Under the pieces are notes generated by a model, which was not told where the DNA came from, did no database searches, and was given only the letters and a program-made list of their open reading frames with translations. A stretch of DNA of 64,000 nucleotides, from positions 305 to 64,304 of the forward strand of contig JAAYDW010000051.1 of NCBI GenBank assembly GCA_012729055.1, in the 5' to 3' direction. This DNA comes from Deltaproteobacteria bacterium. Its GTDB lineage: Bacteria; Desulfobacterota; Syntrophia; Syntrophales; Smithellaceae. Position numbers and translations under genes: made by a program. Below, piece by piece: positions 16,483 to 27,271 of the stretch; positions within the stretch are counted from its first letter, which is position 1; every line of letters begins with the position of its first letter.

Positions 16483-17340
16483 TCACTGCGGCAGGGTCGG
16501 CGCCGGCTCTGTTTCGTCTTGTTCCGTCGGCGCGGCGGGCTCCGCCGGCGGGCCGGGCGCGACATTCGTTTCGCCTTCGGGCGCGGCTTCGGACTCGGGT
16601 GTCGCCTCTTCCTTTGCGACAACCTCGTCGTATTCTAGAATGACGATGCCGCGGCGCACCATGATCTGATAGATCCGCTCCGCGCGGCCGGCCGCATAAC
16701 GGGAATTGGCGTCGGGGCGGAAGCGCCGCGGATTGGGCAGAGCGGCGGCCAGCTGGGCAGCCTCGCGCGGTCCCAAAGACGCGGCGGACTTGCCGTAATA
16801 CTTTCGGGCGGCCAGGCCGACGCCGAACTGTCCATCGCCCCATTCCGCCACGTTGAGGTAAAGCTCCATGATTCTCTTTTTACTGAGCCGCCGTTCGATT
16901 CGCCAGGTGAGAATCGCTTCCTTGATTTTACGCACGGGATTCTTGGCCGGGCTGAGATACAGATTCTTGGCCAGCTGCTGCGAGATGGTGCTGCCGCCGG
17001 CCTTGAACTTTTTCTTGCGGATGTCCTTTTCCAGCGCCTTTTGCATCGCTTCGAAATCGAAGCCTTCGTGCGACCAGAACTTGTCGTCTTCCGCAATAAT
17101 CACCGCCTTCACGACGTAAGGCGAAACCTGGGACAGGGGGACCCAGGACGTGGCGATCTTTTTCTTCACGCCCTTGTCCCGCCACATCGCTTCCCGGTAT
17201 TCCATGAAGGCGGTTTTGCAGGGGCGGTCCGTCGTCAGACGGGCAACATTCGGATAAAAGAAATAGCGCCCGATATCGACAACGAGAATAACGAGCAGGA
17301 CCGCCACCGCCCATAACAGTATTTTTTTCCAGCGAAGCAT
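16483..17340 (-). CDS. mtgA: Monofunctional peptidoglycan glycosyltransferase with Pro/Glu-rich C-terminal tail
   Basis: GT51 motifs IIAEDDKFWSHEGFD and GGSTISQQLAKNLYL. N-terminal TM anchor. Confidence 0.9.
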   Translation of the reverse strand: MLRWKKILLWAVAVLLVILVVDIGRYFFYPNVARLTTDRPCKTAFMEYREAMWRDKGVKKKIATSWVPLSQVSPYVVKAVIIAEDDKFWSHEGFDFEAMQKALEKDIRKKKFKAGGSTISQQLAKNLYLSPAKNPVRKIKEAILTWRIERRLSKKRIMELYLNVAEWGDGQFGVGLAARKYYGKSAASLGPREAAQLAAALPNPRRFRPDANSRYAAGRAERIYQIMVRRGIVILEYDEVVAKEEATPESEAAPEGETNVAPGPPAEPAAPTEQDETEPAPTLPQ

Positions 17341-17594
17341 GATCCTTCTTCCTGTTTTCTTTCGGTTGTCGCTTCCTATACCCCCTGAAAAAATAATGCA
17401 AAATAAATTTGACAGACTTTTTGATTTTTAGTATGCGTTAGCCGACACGAAGTAGGCGACATGTACTTGAGATGAACCTTCGTTTTCTGTGTGCAGTAAA
17501 ATATCCATGAGAATATATCCTTGGCGGCCTTGCCGTCCGAATCTGTGCACCGTTAACAAAATGGGACCCCCCTCAACAAACAAGGAGGTGCTTC

Positions 17595-18542
17595 ATGATG
17601 CAACGGCGATCATTCATACTATCGGGGTTATTTGTTTTTTTTCTTTTGTTCTTTCTTAATGCCGCGGCCGGGGCCGCATCCTATCAGGTAAAAAAAGGCG
17701 ACAGCCTTTACAGCATTTCCAAAAAAACAGGCGTCAGCGTCAACGACATCAAAAAGGCCAATCGCCTGACGGCCAACACCGTCAAACCGGGGCAGAAACT
17801 ATCCCTTCCGGGCAAAGATTCAAAAAAAGAGTCAACAGCCGCCCACGATGCCAAAACAAAAGCAACCGCACAATATTACACGGTCAAAAGGGGCGATACC
17901 GTACCGAGCATCGCCAAAAAAACCGGCGTGCCCGTCATGCAGATCGCCCGGATGAACAATGTCACCACGAAAACCCTGCGCGCCGGCCAAAGGCTGATTT
18001 TAGCCAAACAGGAGCCGCCCGCCAAGGCGCCGGCCGCGCCGGAAGAAGATTTGCTGGATGAAGAGGACGACGAAGCCCTGGCCGAGGCGTCTTCGGAAAT
18101 CGCCTGCGAAGAAAGATCCACAGACGAACTTTTGGGCACATGGGGCAGCGCGGATGAAAGAAAGCTCTTTATCCGGGTCGCCACCGGCTTCCTGGGCGCT
18201 CCGTACCGCCTGGGCGGCGCTACAGTCAAAGGCATCGACTGCTCCGCATTTGTCCGGAAAATGTACGAATTTTTCGACATTACGCTCCCCCGCACCGCGC
18301 GGGAACAGTCCAATATCGGCATGCCGGTGAAGCGCGACGAACTGGTGGAAGGAGACCTGGTTTTCTTCCGGACCAAAAAGCCGATCGGGCACGTCGGCAT
18401 TTACATCGGCAACAACGAATTCGTCCACGCATCGTACAAAGGCAAAGCCGTCCGCATCGACAGCCTGGATCGACCCTATTTTCAGAAGAGATTTCAGCGG
18501 GCCGTCCGCGTAAAGGGCCTGGAGGAAAAAGGCGGAACCTGA
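17595..18542 (+). CDS. LysM-LysM-NlpC/P60 peptidoglycan endopeptidase
   Basis: RBS AAGGAGG. Signal peptide. Two LysM repeats (YQVKKGDSLYSISKK; YTVKRGDTVPSIAKK). NlpC/P60 Cys (GIDCSAFV) and His (GHVGIYIG). Confidence 0.9.
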   Translation: MMQRRSFILSGLFVFFLLFFLNAAAGAASYQVKKGDSLYSISKKTGVSVNDIKKANRLTANTVKPGQKLSLPGKDSKKESTAAHDAKTKATAQYYTVKRGDTVPSIAKKTGVPVMQIARMNNVTTKTLRAGQRLILAKQEPPAKAPAAPEEDLLDEEDDEALAEASSEIACEERSTDELLGTWGSADERKLFIRVATGFLGAPYRLGGATVKGIDCSAFVRKMYEFFDITLPRTAREQSNIGMPVKRDELVEGDLVFFRTKKPIGHVGIYIGNNEFVHASYKGKAVRIDSLDRPYFQKRFQRAVRVKGLEEKGGT

Positions 18543-18576
18543 TGACAGCATATTTACCGAACCGTTTACCTTCAAG

Positions 18577-18601
18577 GGGCGCCGGCGCCCCTTTTTTTTT
18601 A
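18577..18601 (+). terminator. Rho-independent terminator after the NlpC/P60 gene
   Basis: GGGGCGCC/GGCGCCCC stem followed by a run of 9 or more T. Confidence 0.75.
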
Positions 18602-18720
18602 AACGCCTTTTTTGCCGGTTGATTATCCCTTTTGTTTATTATATGAATGCAATCCTGCCGGTTTGATCGTTTACTTAAAGACGGCCAACGTCAAACACAC
18701 CCCGTAAGAAGGAGGACGTT

Positions 18721-19443
18721 ATGAAAAAAACAGTGTTGTTCTGTGTCGGTATTTTGATGCCGGCGCTCTTGTGCAGCGGCTGCCTGGTTGCGGAGAGCAA
18801 ATACACGAAGAAAGTCGATGAAGCAAACCAGTTAACGCAGCAGATCGCCTCTCTGGAAACCCAAAACAAGGGGCTCACGGAGCAGGTGGCGTCCCTGACG
18901 GGAAAAGTGGCCGATCTGGAAGCGGATAACGCCGGCCTCTCGGAAAGCCTCGACCGGGCAGCGAAAAAGACCCAGGAACAGGAAAAAGCCAGCAACACCT
19001 ATCAGCAGCTGCTCAAGGAAATGAAAAGCGAAATCGCCCAGGGGCAGATCACCATCAAGGAGCTGAAAGGCAAGCTGACGATGGACGTCGTCGATAAAAT
19101 CCTCTTTGCCTCCGGAGAAGCCAAAGTCAAAAAGGAAGGTCTGGAGGTACTCGACCGGGTGGTGGAAATTCTGAAGGACGTACAAGACAAAAACATCCGC
19201 ATTGAAGGCCATACGGACAACGTTCCGATTGCCGGGAAGCTCGCGAAGACTTATCCTACCAACTGGGAATTGTCCGCGGCCCGCGCCATCAACGTCTCCC
19301 GCTACCTGCAGCGGCAGGGCATCGATCCGTCGGTTCTCTCGGCAACGGCGTTCGGCGAATACCAGCCGATCGCGGACAACACGACGCCCGAAGGCCGGGC
19401 GAAGAACCGCCGGATCGCCATCATTTTGCTGCCCAAGGATTAG
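18721..19443 (+). CDS. OmpA/MotB-domain lipoprotein with N-terminal coiled coil
   Basis: Lipobox-like LLCSGC. Heptad-rich segment (QLTQQIASLETQNKGLTEQVASLTGKVADLEADNAGL). OmpA C-terminal motif RIEGHTDNVPI..NWELSAARAINV. Confidence 0.85.
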   Translation: MKKTVLFCVGILMPALLCSGCLVAESKYTKKVDEANQLTQQIASLETQNKGLTEQVASLTGKVADLEADNAGLSESLDRAAKKTQEQEKASNTYQQLLKEMKSEIAQGQITIKELKGKLTMDVVDKILFASGEAKVKKEGLEVLDRVVEILKDVQDKNIRIEGHTDNVPIAGKLAKTYPTNWELSAARAINVSRYLQRQGIDPSVLSATAFGEYQPIADNTTPEGRAKNRRIAIILLPKD

Positions 19444-19474
19444 CGCCGGCCGGTTTTGCAGCAAGGAAAGTTTC

Positions 19475-21409
19475 ATGGGAAAAAACATCGTAGAAAAAAT
19501 TCTCGCCGGGCATCTGGTTTACGGCGCGCTTGCGCCCGGCGGGGAAATCGGCCTCCGCATCGACCAGACCCTCACCCAGGACGCCACGGGCACCATGGCT
19601 TATCTGCAGTTTGAAGCCATGAACGTCCCCCGGGTCCGCACGGAGCTGTCCGTCAGCTACATCGACCACAACACGATTCAGATCGGTTTTGAAAACGCGG
19701 ACGATCACCGGTACCTGATGAGCGTCGCGCAGAAGTTCGGCATTGTGCTGTCGCGCGCCGGCAATGGGATATGCCACCAGGTCCACCTGGAGCGCTTCGG
19801 GCGTCCGGGAAAAACGCTGATCGGCTCCGACAGCCACACGCCCACCTGCGGCGCGCTGGGCATGATCGCCATCGGCGCGGGCGGACTCGACGTCGCGCAG
19901 GCCATGGCGGGAGAGCCCTTTTACCTCGCCTGCCCGTCCGTGGTGAAAATTCTCCTCGAAGGCCGGCTTGGGCCCTGGGTTTCCGCCAAGGACGTCATCC
20001 TCAAAGTGCTGGAAATTTTCTCCACCAAAGGAAACGTCGGAACCGTTTTCGAATACGGCGGCCAGGGCGCAGCGACGCTGAGCGTTCCGGAGCGCGCCAC
20101 CATCGCCAACATGGGCGCGGAATGCGGCGTGACGACCTCCGTGTTTCCCAGCGACGAACAAACCCGCCGGTTTCTCTGCCTGCAGGAGCGAGAGGCGGAT
20201 TTCACTCCGCTCAGCGCCGACGCCGACGCGGCTTACGCCCGCGTGGTGACCATCGACCTGTCGCGGATTGAGCCGCTGGCCGCCAAGCCGCACAGCCCCG
20301 ACAACATCGCCACGGTCCGGTCTCTCACCGGCATCCCCGTACAGCAGGTCTGCCTGGGGAGCTGCACCAACTCTTCCTACAAGGATCTGGTGACGGTCGC
20401 CAGGATCCTCAAAGGCCGGATTGCGCATCCCGACGTGAGCTTCATTTTGGCGCCGGGCTCCCGGCAGGTTCTCGACAATCTCGCCCGCGACGGCTACCTG
20501 GCGGATCTGATCGCTTCCGGCGCCAGGCTCATGGAAAACGCCTGCGGCTTCTGCATCGGCAACAGCCAGAGTCCGCAGTCCGGCGCGGTTTCGCTGCGCA
20601 CCTCCAACCGGAATTTTCTCGGCCGGTCTGGAACGCTCGACGCCGACATCTATCTGGTAAGCCCCGAAACGGCGGCGGCGGCGGTCATCACCGGCCGCTT
20701 CACCGATCCGCGCGACCTGGAAATGGACTACCCCGACGTGCCGGCGCCCGAACGGCTGGTTGTCGACGACCGTCTGATTTTGCGGCCGGAAGACGCGGGG
20801 CGGACCGTGGAAATCTACCGCGGCCCGAACATCGGCCGGCCGCCGGTCAACACGCCGCTGCCCGACACGCTCGCCGGTCCGGTAACGATCAAGGTCGGCG
20901 ATAAGATCACGACCGACCACATCATTCCCGCCGGCGCGCGGATGAAGTACCGCTCGAACATTCCCAAGTACGCCGAATTCGTTTTTGAAAACGTGGACGC
21001 CGCGTTTGCCCGCCGCGCCTTGGCCAACAAGGAAGCCGGCCGGCACAACATCATCGTCGCCGGTCTGTCCTACGGCCAGGGATCGTCGCGCGAACACGCC
21101 GCCATCTGTCCGATGTATCTGGGCGTGCGGGCGGTCATCGCCAAGTCTTTGGAGAGAATCCACGCCGCCAACCTGATCAACTTCGGCATCCTGCCGCTCA
21201 CGTTCGTCGATGAAAAGGACTACGACGCCCTCGACGCGGGCGACAACCTCGAAATCGCCGGTCTGAGAACAGCCGTCGCAACCCGGGAAGTCCTGACGGT
21301 CGCCAATCGGACCAAAGGCGCCTCTTTCGCCGTGCGCCTGAGCCTGTCGCCCCGGCAAAAAAAGATGATTCTGGCCGGCGGCGCGCTCAACGTCCGCAGT
21401 CGGAAATAA
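19475..21409 (+). CDS. Aconitate hydratase (about 640 aa single-chain form)
   Basis: ATG at 19475 (MGKNIVEKIL). Aconitase motifs IDQTLTQDATG, GSDSHT, CLGSCTNSS, NACGFCIG, GQGSSREHAA. Confidence 0.9.
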   Translation: MGKNIVEKILAGHLVYGALAPGGEIGLRIDQTLTQDATGTMAYLQFEAMNVPRVRTELSVSYIDHNTIQIGFENADDHRYLMSVAQKFGIVLSRAGNGICHQVHLERFGRPGKTLIGSDSHTPTCGALGMIAIGAGGLDVAQAMAGEPFYLACPSVVKILLEGRLGPWVSAKDVILKVLEIFSTKGNVGTVFEYGGQGAATLSVPERATIANMGAECGVTTSVFPSDEQTRRFLCLQEREADFTPLSADADAAYARVVTIDLSRIEPLAAKPHSPDNIATVRSLTGIPVQQVCLGSCTNSSYKDLVTVARILKGRIAHPDVSFILAPGSRQVLDNLARDGYLADLIASGARLMENACGFCIGNSQSPQSGAVSLRTSNRNFLGRSGTLDADIYLVSPETAAAAVITGRFTDPRDLEMDYPDVPAPERLVVDDRLILRPEDAGRTVEIYRGPNIGRPPVNTPLPDTLAGPVTIKVGDKITTDHIIPAGARMKYRSNIPKYAEFVFENVDAAFARRALANKEAGRHNIIVAGLSYGQGSSREHAAICPMYLGVRAVIAKSLERIHAANLINFGILPLTFVDEKDYDALDAGDNLEIAGLRTAVATREVLTVANRTKGASFAVRLSLSPRQKKMILAGGALNVRSRK

Positions 21410-21441
21410 TTCCGCATTTTCACCCGATGGAGTAAAATGAA

Positions 21442-22665
21442 ATGAGCCGAAAAATTAAAGTGAAGACGCCTCTCGTCGAAATGGACGGAGACGAGATGAC
21501 CCGCATCATGTGGCAGATGGTGAAAGACAAGCTGCTTTTTCCCTATCTGGACATGGACATCGACTACTACGACCTCCACGTCAAGCACCGCGACGATACG
21601 GACGACCGGGTCACGGCCGACGCGGCGCGCGCCATCCAGAAATACGGCGTCGGCGTCAAGTGCGCAACGATCACGCCCAACGAAGACCGGGTGAAGGAAT
21701 ATACGCTCAAGAAAGCCTGGAAAAGCCCCAACGGCACGATCCGCGCCATGCTTGACGGCACGGTGTTCCGCAAGCCGATTCTGGTCGGCAACATCAAACC
21801 GGGCGTCGCCGCCTGGAAAAAACCGATCACCATCGGCCGCCACGCCTACGGCGACGTTTACGACAACTTCGAAATGACCGTTCCCGGCGCGGGCAGACTG
21901 GAAGTCGTCTTCACGCCGGCCGACGGCGGAGCGCCGCAGAAGGAACTCGTGAAGGACTTCCCCGCGGCGGGAATCGTCCAGATCAACCACAACCTGGAGG
22001 CGTCGATGCGGAGCTTCGCCCGGGCCTGCTTCACCTACGCGCTTTCCGAAAAGATCGACGTGTGGTTTTCCACCAAGGACACGATCTCCAAAAAGTATGA
22101 CGCGGGCTTCCGCGACGTCTTTGAACGCGAATTTGCCGAGCACTGGAAAGACCGATTTGCCCGGGCGGGCATCGAATACTTCTTTACGCTCATCGACGAC
22201 GCAGTCGCGCGCATCATGAAGACGGAAGGCGGAATGCTCTGGGCGCTCAAAAACTACGACGGCGACGTGATGTCGGACATGATCGCATCCGCGAGCGGGT
22301 CGCTGGCCATGATGACCTCCGTCCTGGTTTCGCCCTACGGTTGGTACGAATATGAAGCCGCGCACGGCACGGTGCAGAAGCACTACTACAAGCACCTGAA
22401 GGGCGAGGAAACCTCCTCCAACTCGATGGCGCTGATTTTCGCCTGGACCGGCGGCCTGCGCAAGCGCGGCGAACTCGACGGCACGCCGGAAGTCGTCGCT
22501 TTTGCGGACACGCTGGAGGCGGCCGCCCTCGCCACGGTTGAAAGCGGCGTGATGACGGGCGATCTGCTTCTCCTGGCCGAAAAACGGCCCACGAACCGGA
22601 AGGTCAACACGGAAGGCTTCATCGACGCCATCGCCGGAAACTTAAAGAAAAAAATCGATGGCTGA
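21442..22665 (+). CDS. icd: NADP-dependent isocitrate dehydrogenase (eukaryote-like dimeric type)
   Basis: [46 protein letters not shown]. Confidence 0.93.
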   Translation: MSRKIKVKTPLVEMDGDEMTRIMWQMVKDKLLFPYLDMDIDYYDLHVKHRDDTDDRVTADAARAIQKYGVGVKCATITPNEDRVKEYTLKKAWKSPNGTIRAMLDGTVFRKPILVGNIKPGVAAWKKPITIGRHAYGDVYDNFEMTVPGAGRLEVVFTPADGGAPQKELVKDFPAAGIVQINHNLEASMRSFARACFTYALSEKIDVWFSTKDTISKKYDAGFRDVFEREFAEHWKDRFARAGIEYFFTLIDDAVARIMKTEGGMLWALKNYDGDVMSDMIASASGSLAMMTSVLVSPYGWYEYEAAHGTVQKHYYKHLKGEETSSNSMALIFAWTGGLRKRGELDGTPEVVAFADTLEAAALATVESGVMTGDLLLLAEKRPTNRKVNTEGFIDAIAGNLKKKIDG

Positions 22666-23710
22666 AAACGCGCATAAGGGTTTGCCCAACCTGATGGACT
22701 TCACGCCTCCGGAGATGGAAGGCTTCATTGCCGCCTCCGGCAAGGAAAAGTACCGCGCCCGGCAACTGCTGAAGGCGCTCCACCAGTCCGGCTGCCTCTC
22801 CTTCGAGGCCATGACGACGCTTGCGCGCGATTTCCGCAAAACACTGGCCGAAACGGCCCGGATCTACCGTCCGTCGATCGTCAAAATCCAGAAGTCGCCG
22901 GACGGCACGCAAAAAGTTCTGCTGGCTCTCGAAGACGGTCTTTTTATCGAAAGCGTGCTCATCCCGGGGAAAAACCACTGGACGCTCTGCATTTCCACGC
23001 AGGCCGGCTGCGCGATGGGCTGTGCCTTCTGTCTGACGGCGCGCCAGGGCTTCAAGCGCAATCTGACGCCGGCAGAAATCGCAGGCCAGGTTGTCGCGAT
23101 CCGGCAGGAAACGCCCGAAGGCGCCGCCGTGGGCAACATCGTTCTGATGGGCATGGGCGAGCCGCTCGCCAACTACGACCATACGGTAAAGGCGATCCGG
23201 ATCCTCACGAGCGATCTCGGCCTGGGCTTTTCCTCGCGGCGGATCACCGTGTCCACCTGCGGGCTCACTCCGCAGATCCTCCAGCTGGGCCGCGACATCT
23301 GCATCAATCTGGCCGTTTCGCTAAACGCATCTGACGACGAAACCCGCAGCCGGCTCATGCCGGTCAACAAAAAATATCCGCTCGCCGCGCTTTTGGACGC
23401 CTGCCAGAAATATCCCATGCCGGGCCGCCGAATGCTCACCTATGAATATATTCTCATTGACGGCGTCAACGCCTCGCGGGCCGACGCCCAAAAGCTGGCC
23501 CGGCTCCTTGCCGATCAGCGCTGCAAGATCAACCTGATCGCCTTCAACGAATACCCAGGCTCGCCCTACAAAACGCCCTCCCCGGAAGCCATTTCGGCCT
23601 TTCAGCAGGTGCTGCTCGACCGTCATTTCACCGCCATGCTGCGCAAGAGCAAGGGCGCCGACATCCTGGCCGCCTGCGGTCAGCTCAGCGGCACGATGAC
23701 CCCATCTTGA
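22658..23710 (+). CDS. rlmN: 23S rRNA/tRNA adenine-C2 methyltransferase (radical SAM)
   Basis: CxxxCxxC cluster motif ([11 protein letters not shown]), [10 protein letters not shown]-terminal ACGQL. Overlaps the icd stop by 8 nt. Confidence 0.93.
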   Translation: MAENAHKGLPNLMDFTPPEMEGFIAASGKEKYRARQLLKALHQSGCLSFEAMTTLARDFRKTLAETARIYRPSIVKIQKSPDGTQKVLLALEDGLFIESVLIPGKNHWTLCISTQAGCAMGCAFCLTARQGFKRNLTPAEIAGQVVAIRQETPEGAAVGNIVLMGMGEPLANYDHTVKAIRILTSDLGLGFSSRRITVSTCGLTPQILQLGRDICINLAVSLNASDDETRSRLMPVNKKYPLAALLDACQKYPMPGRRMLTYEYILIDGVNASRADAQKLARLLADQRCKINLIAFNEYPGSPYKTPSPEAISAFQQVLLDRHFTAMLRKSKGADILAACGQLSGTMTPS

Positions 23711-23737
23711 GTAAACCGGCCGGAGTTTTTTTCGCCA

Positions 23738-23766
23738 TTGACGGAGTCAAAGAATTTTCATATAGT
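23738..23766 (+). promoter_or_regulatory. Sigma-70-like promoter candidate for the hybrid kinase gene
   Basis: TTGACG-N17-TATAGT, about 50 nt upstream of the ATG at 23818. Confidence 0.45.
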
Positions 23767-23817
23767 TGCGCCGGACACGCAGCAGACTTCCTCGATGATG
23801 TTCGACGGGCATGATCA

Positions 23818-26763
23818 ATGACGATCTACAACAAAAATGCTCCGCACGCGGCAAAATCCCTGAAAACCGTTATTCTCATCACGCTGGCCGCGTTAACGGT
23901 TTTCGTAGTGATCGTCTTTGGCGCGCTTGACGCTTACCGGGAGCACCAGAACGTCCAGAACAGGCTCCGGACCAACCTGAACACGATCTGCGCGCAGCTT
24001 TCCGCCGCCGCCGCTCCGCTGCTCGCGCGCGGAGACCGGGAAACACTGGACCTCGTCCTTCGAAGCTTCATGCGGGACAAAACGATCGCCGGCATCGTTG
24101 TCCGGGACAGCGCTCAGACCTTTGCCGCTCTCACCCGCGATCAGGAATGGCGCGCGGTTCCCGCCGAAGGCGCTTTGCCGTCTGCGGGCCTGATGGCCGG
24201 AACCAGCCCGCTTACCGACGGAGAGAAACCCATCGGAGAACTGGAAGTGCTCCTGACCCCGCGTTTTGGCTTCGCAGAGATCCTCCGGCCCCTGCTTGCG
24301 GAAACCGCATCCTTCATCTTTTTCCTGTTTATTCTCATGGCGGCTCTGTATCTCGTCCTCGCGAAATCGGTCATCCGCCCCTTGCAGAGGATGGAGGACT
24401 ATGCGCTCCGGGTCAGCGAAGCGGAAGTTCCGGAAAAAGTGTACATGCCGTTCGTCCGGCTGCCGCAGGAAATGCAGACGCTCAAGGCGGCCGTCGAGAA
24501 GATCGTCGAAAAAAACAACGCCCGCTATCTTGAACTGCAGTTCTCGCAAATGGCCCTGCGGGAAACGGAAGCCCGGTACCGCGACATTTTCTACAACGCC
24601 AACGAGGGCATTTTCCAGATCGCGCCGGACGGACGGATGCTGATGGCCAATCCGGCGCTCGCGGAAATTCTCGGGTACGAATCCGTGGACGAGATCTTGC
24701 GGATTTACGATTCGCCCCCGGCGGGTATTTATTCCGACGGGCCCAAAATCAAGGAGATGCTCTCCCTCATTGCCAAGCACGGCTATGCCAAGGATGTCGA
24801 ATACGCCGCGCGACGGAAAGACAAGACGCCCATTACCACGCTCGTCGACGTCCACGCCATCCGCAACGCGGGGGGGAAGGTCATGTATTACGAAGGCCTG
24901 CTTCGGGACATCACCGAGCGCAAGCGGATGGACGAGCTGCGCATCGCCAAAGAAGCGGCCGAAAAGACGGCGCAATCCAAAAACGAATTTCTGGCCAACA
25001 TCAGCCATGAAATCCGGACGCCGATGAACGCCATCATCGGATTTACGAACCTGGCGCTGCAAAACGAGCTGGCCCCCAAGCTGAGAAACTATTTAAACAC
25101 CATCGCCGGATCGGCCCGCAATCTTCTTCGCCTGATCGACGACCTGCTCGATTTCTCCAAGATCGAGTCGCATCATATGGAAGTGGAATCCATTCCCTTC
25201 AGCCTCCGCGGCGTTGTCGCCAATACCTCGGACCTGACGGCGCTGAGAGCCGGGGAAAAGGGCGTCGCCTTCAAAGCGTCCGTGGAGCAGGAGGTTCCGG
25301 ACCGGCTGATCGGCGACCCCCTGCGCCTGGGCCAGGTGCTGCTGAACCTGGTGAACAACGCCGTTAAATTCACGTCCGCGGGCCACGTCTTCCTGCGCGT
25401 CAAGGCGCAAGACATCACGGACGACGACTGTCTCATCAAATTTTCTGTTGAAGACACGGGCATCGGCATGACGCCGGAGCATCTTTCCAAACTGTTCAAA
25501 CCCTTCTCGCAGGCCGATACCTCGATCACCCGGCGCTTCGGCGGAACGGGACTGGGGCTGGCCATCTGCAAACATCTGGTGGAAATGATGGGCGGCTCCA
25601 TTCAGGTGGAAAGCCGGATGGGGGCGGGCACTACGTTTTCCTTCGCCGTCGCGTTCGCCCGCGGCCGGGAGGGAGGCGAAAGTCCGGCCGACGCGGACGC
25701 GGCCATGACGTGGGCCGTGGATCAAAGCCGCGGACGACGCGCCTATCAGGCCATCCGCGGCGCGCGAATTCTGCTGGTGGAGGACAATCCCATCAATCAG
25801 GAGCTGGCCGCGGAAATATTAAAGGAAATCGGTCTGGCGGTCGACATCGCCGCCGACGGGTCCGACGCGCTGGAGCGGCTTCGCCTCGCGCCCTGCGACC
25901 TCGTTTTGATGGACATTCAGCTTCCGGGAATGAGCGGCTTGGAAACCGCCCGGCACATCCGGAAAGACGATCGTCTGCGGCGTCTTCCGATCGTGGCCAT
26001 GACGGCGCACGACAGCGTCCGGGCCAAAAAAGACTGCCTGGAGGCGGGGATGAACGACTATATCGCCAAACCCCTGGATATCGATTTACTCCTGTCCGTC
26101 CTCGTCAAATGGCTCGCCTCCCGGCCGGCGGCGGAGATGCCGTCGCCGCCCGGATTTCTGCCGGGTATTGACATCGCCCGGGGTCTGGCGCGTCTGGAGG
26201 GCAATGTTTCGCTCTACCACCGCCTGCTCGACGCGTTTGTGGACCACTATGAAACAGTGGAAGACGCCATTTCCCTCCTCATGGAGCAAAACGACGACAG
26301 AAGGGCGGCGGCCAAAGCGCACGCCGTCAAAGGCGCAGCCGCCAATCTATCGCTTGACGACGTGGCCGAAGCGGCCGGCAGACTGGAAAAAGCGCTCCGG
26401 GCAGGCGCCAGGAACAACAGTCTGGTCGCCCTGAAGGTTCTGGCGGGGCAAATAACCGTCGCCTGCCGGTCCATCCGCTCCCTGCCCCGCCCGGCACAGG
26501 AGTCGCCGCCTGCGGCGCCGGCGGCGACCTCCATCGACCCGGACGCGTTCGCCGCCGCGCTGGGCGGCCTCTACAGTTCGCTCCTGCGCCAGGACTTGAA
26601 GGCCCTGGCCCAGTTTGAGGCGCTCAAAAAAAACTTTGCCGGCTCGGAGCTGGACCAGCGCCTGAGGCAGATGGACGCGGTTTTTGCGGACCTCGACTTT
26701 GAAAACGCCAGAAAAGCGCTAAGCGCGCTGGCCGAACAATTCAACCTTACCCTGGGAGGATAA
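23818..26763 (+). CDS. Hybrid sensor histidine kinase (TM sensor + HAMP + PAS + HisKA + HATPase + REC + HPt)
   Basis: H-box SHEIRTPMNAI. G1 DTGIGM. G2 GGTGLGLAI. REC DLVLMDIQLPGMSG. HPt HAVKGAAANL. Confidence 0.92.
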   Translation: MTIYNKNAPHAAKSLKTVILITLAALTVFVVIVFGALDAYREHQNVQNRLRTNLNTICAQLSAAAAPLLARGDRETLDLVLRSFMRDKTIAGIVVRDSAQTFAALTRDQEWRAVPAEGALPSAGLMAGTSPLTDGEKPIGELEVLLTPRFGFAEILRPLLAETASFIFFLFILMAALYLVLAKSVIRPLQRMEDYALRVSEAEVPEKVYMPFVRLPQEMQTLKAAVEKIVEKNNARYLELQFSQMALRETEARYRDIFYNANEGIFQIAPDGRMLMANPALAEILGYESVDEILRIYDSPPAGIYSDGPKIKEMLSLIAKHGYAKDVEYAARRKDKTPITTLVDVHAIRNAGGKVMYYEGLLRDITERKRMDELRIAKEAAEKTAQSKNEFLANISHEIRTPMNAIIGFTNLALQNELAPKLRNYLNTIAGSARNLLRLIDDLLDFSKIESHHMEVESIPFSLRGVVANTSDLTALRAGEKGVAFKASVEQEVPDRLIGDPLRLGQVLLNLVNNAVKFTSAGHVFLRVKAQDITDDDCLIKFSVEDTGIGMTPEHLSKLFKPFSQADTSITRRFGGTGLGLAICKHLVEMMGGSIQVESRMGAGTTFSFAVAFARGREGGESPADADAAMTWAVDQSRGRRAYQAIRGARILLVEDNPINQELAAEILKEIGLAVDIAADGSDALERLRLAPCDLVLMDIQLPGMSGLETARHIRKDDRLRRLPIVAMTAHDSVRAKKDCLEAGMNDYIAKPLDIDLLLSVLVKWLASRPAAEMPSPPGFLPGIDIARGLARLEGNVSLYHRLLDAFVDHYETVEDAISLLMEQNDDRRAAAKAHAVKGAAANLSLDDVAEAAGRLEKALRAGARNNSLVALKVLAGQITVACRSIRSLPRPAQESPPAAPAATSIDPDAFAAALGGLYSSLLRQDLKALAQFEALKKNFAGSELDQRLRQMDAVFADLDFENARKALSALAEQFNLTLGG

Positions 26764-26783
26764 GAACATTGAGAACAGACACC

Positions 26784-27251
26784 ATGATGCAAACCATCCT
26801 GATCATCGACGACGAAGTCACCAATATTGCCGCGCTCAACGAACTGCTGCAGTCCGGCTACAACATCCTTTTCGCCAAAGACGGACCGACCGGCATCAAG
26901 CTCGCCACCTCCACCCTGCGGCCGGACCTGATTCTTCTCGACATCCTGATGCCGGAAATGGACGGCTACCAGGTCATGCACCTGCTCCAATGCGACGAAT
27001 ACACGAAGAACATCCCCGTCATCTTCATCACGGCAAAGGGCGACGAGGAGGACGAAGTCAGGGGGTTCGCGCTGGGCGCGGTGGATTACATCAGCAAGCC
27101 TTTCCGACCGATCGTCGTCAAGGCGCGGATCAAGTCGGCCATGGAACTGAAGAGGCACCGCGACTTCCTGGAATGGATGCTGAAAGAAAGAACCAAGGAA
27201 CTACAGCAGATGGAAAAAGAATATTTTAACATGTTCTACCGGAAGGCCTAA
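26784..27251 (+). CDS. Single-domain response regulator (REC) with short helical tail
   Basis: ILIIDDE, DLILLDILMPEMDG, KP motif (YISKPF). The ATG at 26784 is preferred over the TTG at 26769. Confidence 0.85.
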   Translation: MMQTILIIDDEVTNIAALNELLQSGYNILFAKDGPTGIKLATSTLRPDLILLDILMPEMDGYQVMHLLQCDEYTKNIPVIFITAKGDEEDEVRGFALGAVDYISKPFRPIVVKARIKSAMELKRHRDFLEWMLKERTKELQQMEKEYFNMFYRKA

Positions 27252-27271
27252 GCGCGCCGGTTTCTTTTTTT

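Noticed and set aside
17401-17594. Possible c-di-AMP (ydaO-type) riboswitch upstream of the LysM-NlpC/P60 gene. That gene class often carries one, and the leader contains CCGAAUC and GGGACCCC-like strings.
   Set aside because: I could not find the paired conserved blocks (GGGGA..CCCA, GGGUGAAUC, ACCCGAAUCC..AGCUAACC) or the pseudo-twofold helices. The resemblance is too fragmentary without an Infernal scan.
23711-23737. CCGGCCGG followed by a T7 run after rlmN, considered as a terminator.
   Set aside because: The stem is only 4 bp with no loop, so it is not a credible intrinsic terminator on its own.
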